A stretch of 64,000 nucleotides of DNA, taken from NCBI GenBank assembly GCA_963666345.1, contig OY762721.1:2560001-2624000 (forward strand). The letters are read 5' to 3'. A program made the translations under genes and the position numbers. The notes under the pieces were generated by a model. That model was not told where the DNA came from, searched no databases, and was given only the letters and a program-made list of their open reading frames with translations. This document shows positions 58,436 through 64,000 of this stretch, in pieces. The stretch is from Desulfatiglandales bacterium (GTDB taxonomy: Bacteria > Desulfobacterota > DSM-4660 > Desulfatiglandales > Desulfatiglandaceae). The first letter of the stretch is position 1; every line of letters begins with the position of its first letter.

Positions 58436-61400
58436 ATGAGTGTAAGCATGCCCGAAAGTGTTTGCGGTGCAGTAATGGTCGTTGGCGGAGGGATCGGCGG
58501 TATTCAATCGGCCCTTGACCTTGCTAATTCAGGCTATTATGTTCATCTTGTGGAAAAATCACCTGCGATAGGTGGGGCTATGTCACAGTTGGATAAAACA
58601 TTTCCAACAAATGACTGCGCAATGTGAATTATCTCGCCCAAACTGGTCGAGGTCGGCCGGCACTTGAACATCGAGCTTCATACCTGCTCCGAAGTTGATA
58701 ATGTTGAAGGGACGCAGGGTAATTTTCAGGTGACACTTCGCAAACACCCCCGTTTCATAGATCTTGAAGCCTGCACAGGATGCGGAGACTGCGCCAAGGT
58801 CTGCCCTGTGGTCAGGCCTAGTGAATATGACATGAAACTGGGTACTCGTAAGGCGGTTTACAAGCCTTATGCACAGGCTATTCCAGGTGCATTTGCAATA
58901 GAAAAGCTTGACAAGGCCCCATGCGGACTTGCCTGCCCCGCCAACCTGAATGTGCAGGGCTATGTGCAGATGGTTAAGGAGGGCAAGTATAGAGAGGCGG
59001 TCGAGATTATTATGAAGGATCTGCCTCTGCCGGGAGTACTTGGCAGGGTTTGCCCCCATCCCTGCGAAAAGAGTTGTCGGCGTCTTGAAGTCGATGAGCC
59101 GATTGCCATCCGTGAACTCAAGAGGGTCGCAGCCGATCAAGTCGATCTGGCGGATATCCCGGTGCCTGAAACCGCGACGCGTGAAGAAAGCGTAGCTGTA
59201 GTAGGTTCCGGTCCTTCAGGTCTGTCCGCGGCCTATTTCCTGGCCCTTGATGGGTATCAAGTAAGCGTTTATGAGGCTATGCCGGAAACAGGCGGAATGT
59301 TGCGGTATGGTATCCCTGAACACCGGCTTCCCAGAGATGTGCTTGATTCGGAAATAGAGAACCTCAAGAGATACGGCATCAAAATTTATACAAATACGCC
59401 TATAGGGAAAGACCTTACTCTGAAGGACCTGCGAAAAGGAGGAGCTCGGGCGATCTTTCTGGCTACGGGTGCCTGGAAAGGCCTTAAACTTAGAGTTCCC
59501 GGGGAGGGCCATTCTAAAAATGTTGAGGATGTTACCTCTTTTCTAAGGCAGGTTCATCTGGGAGAAAAAAGAGCGCTTCAAGGCAAAGTCTTGGTCATCG
59601 GCGGCGGGCACTCGGCCATAGACGCTGCTCGATTGGCGCTAAGGTTGGGAGCGGAGCAGGTCGGTATAATTTATCGCCGATCAAGCCGGGAGATGCTGGC
59701 TGAGCCTGAAGAGGTAGCGGAGGCTGAAAAGGAAGGAGTAAAAATCCATTATCAGGTAGCTCCCTTGAAGATTGAAAGTGATGGAGAGAAGCTTTCAGGG
59801 ATTGAATGTATTCGTACCCGCCTTACTCAAGCCGATACAACGGGAAGACGAAAACCTATTCCCATAGAAAGCTCGGAATTTTTTATCGAAACCGATTATA
59901 TAATCTCCGCCATCGGCCAGGAGCCGGATCTTGATTTTCTGGGTGAAGGCCATGCTCTTGAGGTTTCCAAATGGAAACTTCTCATGGTAAATGGTGAGAC
60001 CTTGCAGACGAATATCCCTGATGTCTTTGCGGGTGGTGACGTTATTACGGGCCCTGCCACGGTAATAGAGGCGGTTGAAGCCGGGAAGAGAGGCGCAAAA
60101 TACATCGCAAAATATCTGCAGGGCGAAGATCTTCCTGCAGAGTGGTCCGAAGAGCCGCCTATCGGTACGAACTGGACGGAAATCCGAGATGATGAACCAA
60201 CCAGGCACCGACTTAAAACGCCCAGCCTTGCTTTGAAAGAGCGCCTTTCAGGCTTTAAGGAGGTTAATCTGCTCGCAGATGAAGAAGAGGCCCGGAAGGA
60301 GGCGGAACGATGCCTTAACTGCGGTGGGTGCTGTGAATGTTATCAATGCGTGGAGGCATGCAAGGCAAAGGCATTAACATTTGAGACGCACTCCCAAAAA
60401 GGACAGTCTGTTAAGCTCGATGTAGGCTCTGTGATTTTGGCCCCCGGTTTTGAATCTTTTGATCCTAAGCGTTTTGCCACGTACGGATACACTTCTTATC
60501 CGAACGTGATTACAAGTATGGAGTTTGAACGGATCCTCAGCGCTACGGGACCTTTTCAGGGACACCTGCAAAGACCATCCGATAGAAAGGAGGTCAGGAA
60601 AATCGCATGGCTTCAATGTATCGGATCAAGAGAGATCAACCAATGTGATAACGCCTACTGTTCATCCGTCTGTTGTATGTATGCGATAAAAGAGGCCGTG
60701 ATCGCAAAGGAGCATGCCGGAAGCGATCTTGATGCGACTCTGTTTTTTATGGATATGCGTACCCATGGAAAGGGTTTCGATAAATATTATTCCCGCGCCA
60801 AAGATGATCTGGGGGTGCGATTTATACGTTCCAGAATTCATACCATCGATCCTGCAGGCCCCGGCTCAGATGATCTGAAACTTGTTTACGCCGACGACAC
60901 CGGCACACTTAAAAATGAAATTTTTGACATGGTGGTTCTCTCCACCGGGCTCGAGATTTCCCCGGAGTCAAAGGAACTGGCTAAACGCCTCGATGTCCAA
61001 TTGGATTCCGATGGATTTGCCGAAACGAGCAGCTTTTCTCCTGTCGCATCTTCAAGACCCGGAGTATTTGTGTGCGGTGCCTTTTGCGGGCCCAAGGACA
61101 TACCTCAGTCGGTAATGGAATCCTCCGCCGCCTCTTCGGCCTCTGCAGCACTGCTTGCAGCCGGCAGGAACACGCTAGGCAGGAAAAAGACCTACCCGGA
61201 AGAGATGGCGATAGGAGATGAGGAACCGAGGATCGGGGTATTTGTCTGCCACTGCGGTATCAATATAGCCGGTGTGGTAGATGTGCCTGCTGTGAGGGAT
61301 TACGCGAGGAATCTTCCCAACGTGGTTTATGCAGGCGACAACCTTTTCACCTGCAGTCAGGATACCCAGGGGGTTATCAAGAAGGTGATCAAGGAAAACA

Positions 61401-62908
61401 GGCTGAACCGAGTCGTGGTTGCCGCTTGTTCACCTCGAACTCACGAACCCCTCTTTCAGGAGACCATTCAGGAAACAGGCCTTAACAGGTACCTCTTTGA
61501 GTTTGCAAATATCCGTGATCAGGATTCTTGGGTGCATCAAAATGAGCCTGAAAAGGCCACTGAAAAGGCCAAAGACCTTGTTCGCATGGCCGTATCAAAG
61601 GCAGCGCTTCTGGAGCCTATCGAGCGATTGAGAATGGATATAAACCAGAGCGCTCTGGTAATAGGGGGAGGGATTTCCGGTATGAATGCGGCCCTTAACC
61701 TGGCGGACCAGGGTTTTAAAACTTATCTGGTTGAGCGGGCAGAAGAATTGGGTGGTCATGCGCTCACTGTAAGAAGCACCTGGAAGGGAGAAGATGTCGG
61801 GGCCTACCTGAAGGGGCTTTGCAGAAAGGTGACAGACCATGGCAATATCGAAGTGGTGCTGAATGCCGAAATAGCGGAAGTAAAAGGCTTTATAGGAAAT
61901 TTCACGACTTCTCTAAAGACCGATACAGGTGAAAGCTCAATTGAGCATGGGGCGATTATCGTTGCGACCGGCGCCGGGCCGTTTATTCCTGATGAATATC
62001 TTTATGGGAAGAGCGACCGGGTTACCATATGGCATGATATGATGGAACGCCTTGATGCCGATCCCGATCTGCTGGATAAGGCGGGAGCGGTTGCATTCAT
62101 CCAGTGCGTGGGCTCGCGAGAGCCTCAAAGGCCCCACTGCTCCAAGATATGCTGCACCGCATCCATCAAAGAAGCGATAGAGCTTAAAAAGAGAAAACCT
62201 GATCTTGATGTTTATATACTATATCGTGAGATCCGCACTTACGGCCAGAGGGAAAGGCTTTATCAGGAAGCCAGAAAGCTGGGAGTTATTTTCATCAGGT
62301 ACACTATTGATGAAAAGCCTGTGGTAGAGGAAATCGAGGAAGGGAAGAGACTTCAAATCACTGTTAAGGATCATATCCTTGGTTTTCCTGTTTCCATCAA
62401 TGTGGATTATCTGAATCTCGCAACGGCTATAGTATCGGAGGGTCAGGACAAGATATCCAGGATGCTCAAGATACCTGTCCATGAGGATGGCTTTTTCCTT
62501 GAGGCCCACATGAAGCTCAGACCGGTAGATTTTGCTACAGACGGCATATTCGTCTGCGGCCTGGCTCATTACCCGAAACCTATTGAGGAGTCAATCGCCC
62601 AGGCCCAGGCGGCCGCCGGCAGGGCAGCGTGTGTGTTGGTCAAGGAATTCATAGAGATTGAGCCTATAGTGTCGGTTGTTGATGAGGAGCACTGCATAGG
62701 ATGCGGTCTGTGCGAGGCGTCATGTCCTTTCGGGGCCATAAGGTTAAAAAAAGTGGAGGGCAAAGGCTTCAGGGCTGAAAATCTCTCGGCCCTATGCAAG
62801 GGCTGCGGGGTATGTGCGGCCGCCTGTCCGCAGAAGGCCATAGACATGAAACATTTTAGAGACAGCCAGATTTTCGCGGCCATAGAGGCGGGCGGGTTGA
62901 GTTTATAA
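58436..62908 (+). CDS. hdrA: Selenocysteine-containing large HdrA (HdrL-type: HdrA with GltD/NfnB-like insertion and second HdrA module), 1490 aa
   Basis: ORFs 58436-58627 and 58664-62908 share a frame; [21 protein letters not shown] puts UGA at a conserved Cys; [22 protein letters not shown]. Confidence 0.92.
58643..58660 (+). promoter_or_regulatory. Putative bacterial SECIS for hdrA
   Basis: CTGGTCG-AGGT-CGGCCGG hairpin about 15 nt after UGA 58625-58627. Confidence 0.6.
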
Positions 62909-62980
62909 CCAGGGCAGGGTTTTTATCAGCCCGACCTGAACAGACCGGATATTTGTTGGAACCAAATTAGGAGATGTAAT

Positions 62981-63739
62981 ATGAGTGATACTTTTGAACC
63001 CAAGATCCTTGCGCTTCTTTGCAACTGGTGCGCTTATGCCGGTGCGGATCTTGCCGGGGTGAGCAGGATGCAGTACCCGCCGTCTATCCGCGTAATCAGG
63101 GTAATGTGCTCAGGTCGTGTCGACCCGCTTTATGTGGTAAACGGACTCAAAAGCGGATTTGATGCGGTATTTGTGTCCGGGTGACATATCGGTGAATGTC
63201 ATTACCAGGATGGTAATATTTATACCGCAAAAAGAACGGAAGTGGTAGCTCATCTTCTTGATATATCAGGTATCGGAAGCGACCGCCTGCAACTGAGCTG
63301 GGTAAGCGCGGCAGAGGGGCAGCTGTTTGCCCGGTACGTGACTGAATTCAGCGAAAAGATCAGGGAGCTGGGCCCCTTTAACAGAGAAGAGAATGGATTC
63401 AGGCTTGATGCCGTTGTCAGGACTCTGGACTCCCCGCGCATCCGTTGGCTCATGGGTATGACACGGGTGCTAACCGAGAGGGAGAACGTATACCATGAGA
63501 AGCTGAAGGAAGAGGACTACAACAAGCTGGTATCAGAGGCTACCAGGTCGGAGTACCACAAGGCCCTGCTGATAGAATCACTCGGAAAGGGGCCCAGGAC
63601 GGTTAGAGAAATGGCCGAAGATACCGGGCTTCCCGTCTATACTGTCTCTCAGCGTCTTAACGAGCTTGAAAGATCCGGTCAGGCAGAGCTGAAGGAATAC
63701 AACGGAACCACCCCGTTATTTGTCAGTACTGCGGCATGA
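62981..63739 (+). CDS. mvhD: Selenocysteine-containing MvhD/FlpD [2Fe-2S] subunit with C-terminal winged-HTH-like extension, 252 aa
   Basis: LCNWCAYAGAD, RVMCSGRVD, SG-TGA-HIGECHY, WVSAAEG; ORFs 62981-63184 and 63242-63739 in frame. Confidence 0.9.
63201..63217 (+). promoter_or_regulatory. Putative SECIS for mvhD
   Basis: ATTACCA-GGA-TGGTAAT hairpin 16 nt after UGA 63182-63184. Confidence 0.55.
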
Positions 63740-63850
63740 TGTCTCTATACTTTTTGATTATGATATTTGATTAGGATAGTTGATCCCGATAAAGCGGGAA
63801 ATTATTGCATCTCGTATTCAGAATAATTATCAGCAGAGTGGGGAAAGTTA

Positions 63851-64000
63851 ATGGCAGACAAGAATGGTAAAACAGGTAGCGTAATGGTAGTAGGAGCGGG
63901 GATTGCCGGTATGCAGGCGGCTCTTGATCTTGCCACTGCAGGCTATTACGTTCACTTGGTTGATAAATCTCCTACAATCGGAGGGATAATGGCGCAGTTG
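63851..64000 (+). CDS. hdrA: Second HdrA-family protein (partial, runs off right edge)
   Basis: [50 protein letters not shown]. Confidence 0.88.
   Translation, partial: MADKNGKTGSVMVVGAGIAGMQAALDLATAGYYVHLVDKSPTIGGIMAQL

Noticed and set aside
58583..59140. 185-aa minus-strand ORF spanning the hdrA UGA
   Set aside because: Antisense shadow of the conserved hdrA frame; no motifs of its own
1..64000. CRISPR arrays, tRNA, rRNA, defence systems
   Set aside because: No regularly spaced repeats, cloverleaf or rRNA-like sequence, or defence-gene motifs recognised by eye

Overview
Chromosomal window from a probable anaerobic Desulfobacterota (deltaproteobacterial) genome; the taxon is inferred from gene content. 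In order: (1) tyrS 3' end, rpoH, a TPR lipoprotein and a LolB-like gene. (2) A ~20 kb LPS/surface-glycan operon (msbA-like, glycosyl- and methyltransferases, arnF-like flippase, wecE, GT-C) preceded by a structured leader. It holds a ~7.5 kb AT-rich cassette (ATP-grasp, SDR, TylF, FkbM, GtrB-like GT2, aroB, class II DAHP synthase) bounded by decayed copies of arnF, wecE and a spacer. (3) A ~17 kb catabolic region with two paralogous IclR regulators: TctABC, a divergent ComA (phosphosulfolactate synthase family), a Thr-type sulfatase-like hydrolase, an arylsulfotransferase, IorAB, a GlcD-GlcF fusion and an ADP-forming acyl-CoA ligase, a candidate uncharacterised organosulfur pathway. (4) Ferritin, a CI/LexA-like repressor with an uncalled Zn-ribbon microprotein, and envelope genes. 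(5) A sigma54 module: PAS/GAF kinase, NtrC-type regulator, archaemetzincin and a lipoyl-less Cys-rich GcvH-like protein. (6) Selenocysteine-recoded HdrL-type hdrA and mvhD, then the start of a second hdrA. No rRNA, tRNA, CRISPR array, transposase or integrase was recognised. All calls come from reading motifs by eye; no database searches were run.
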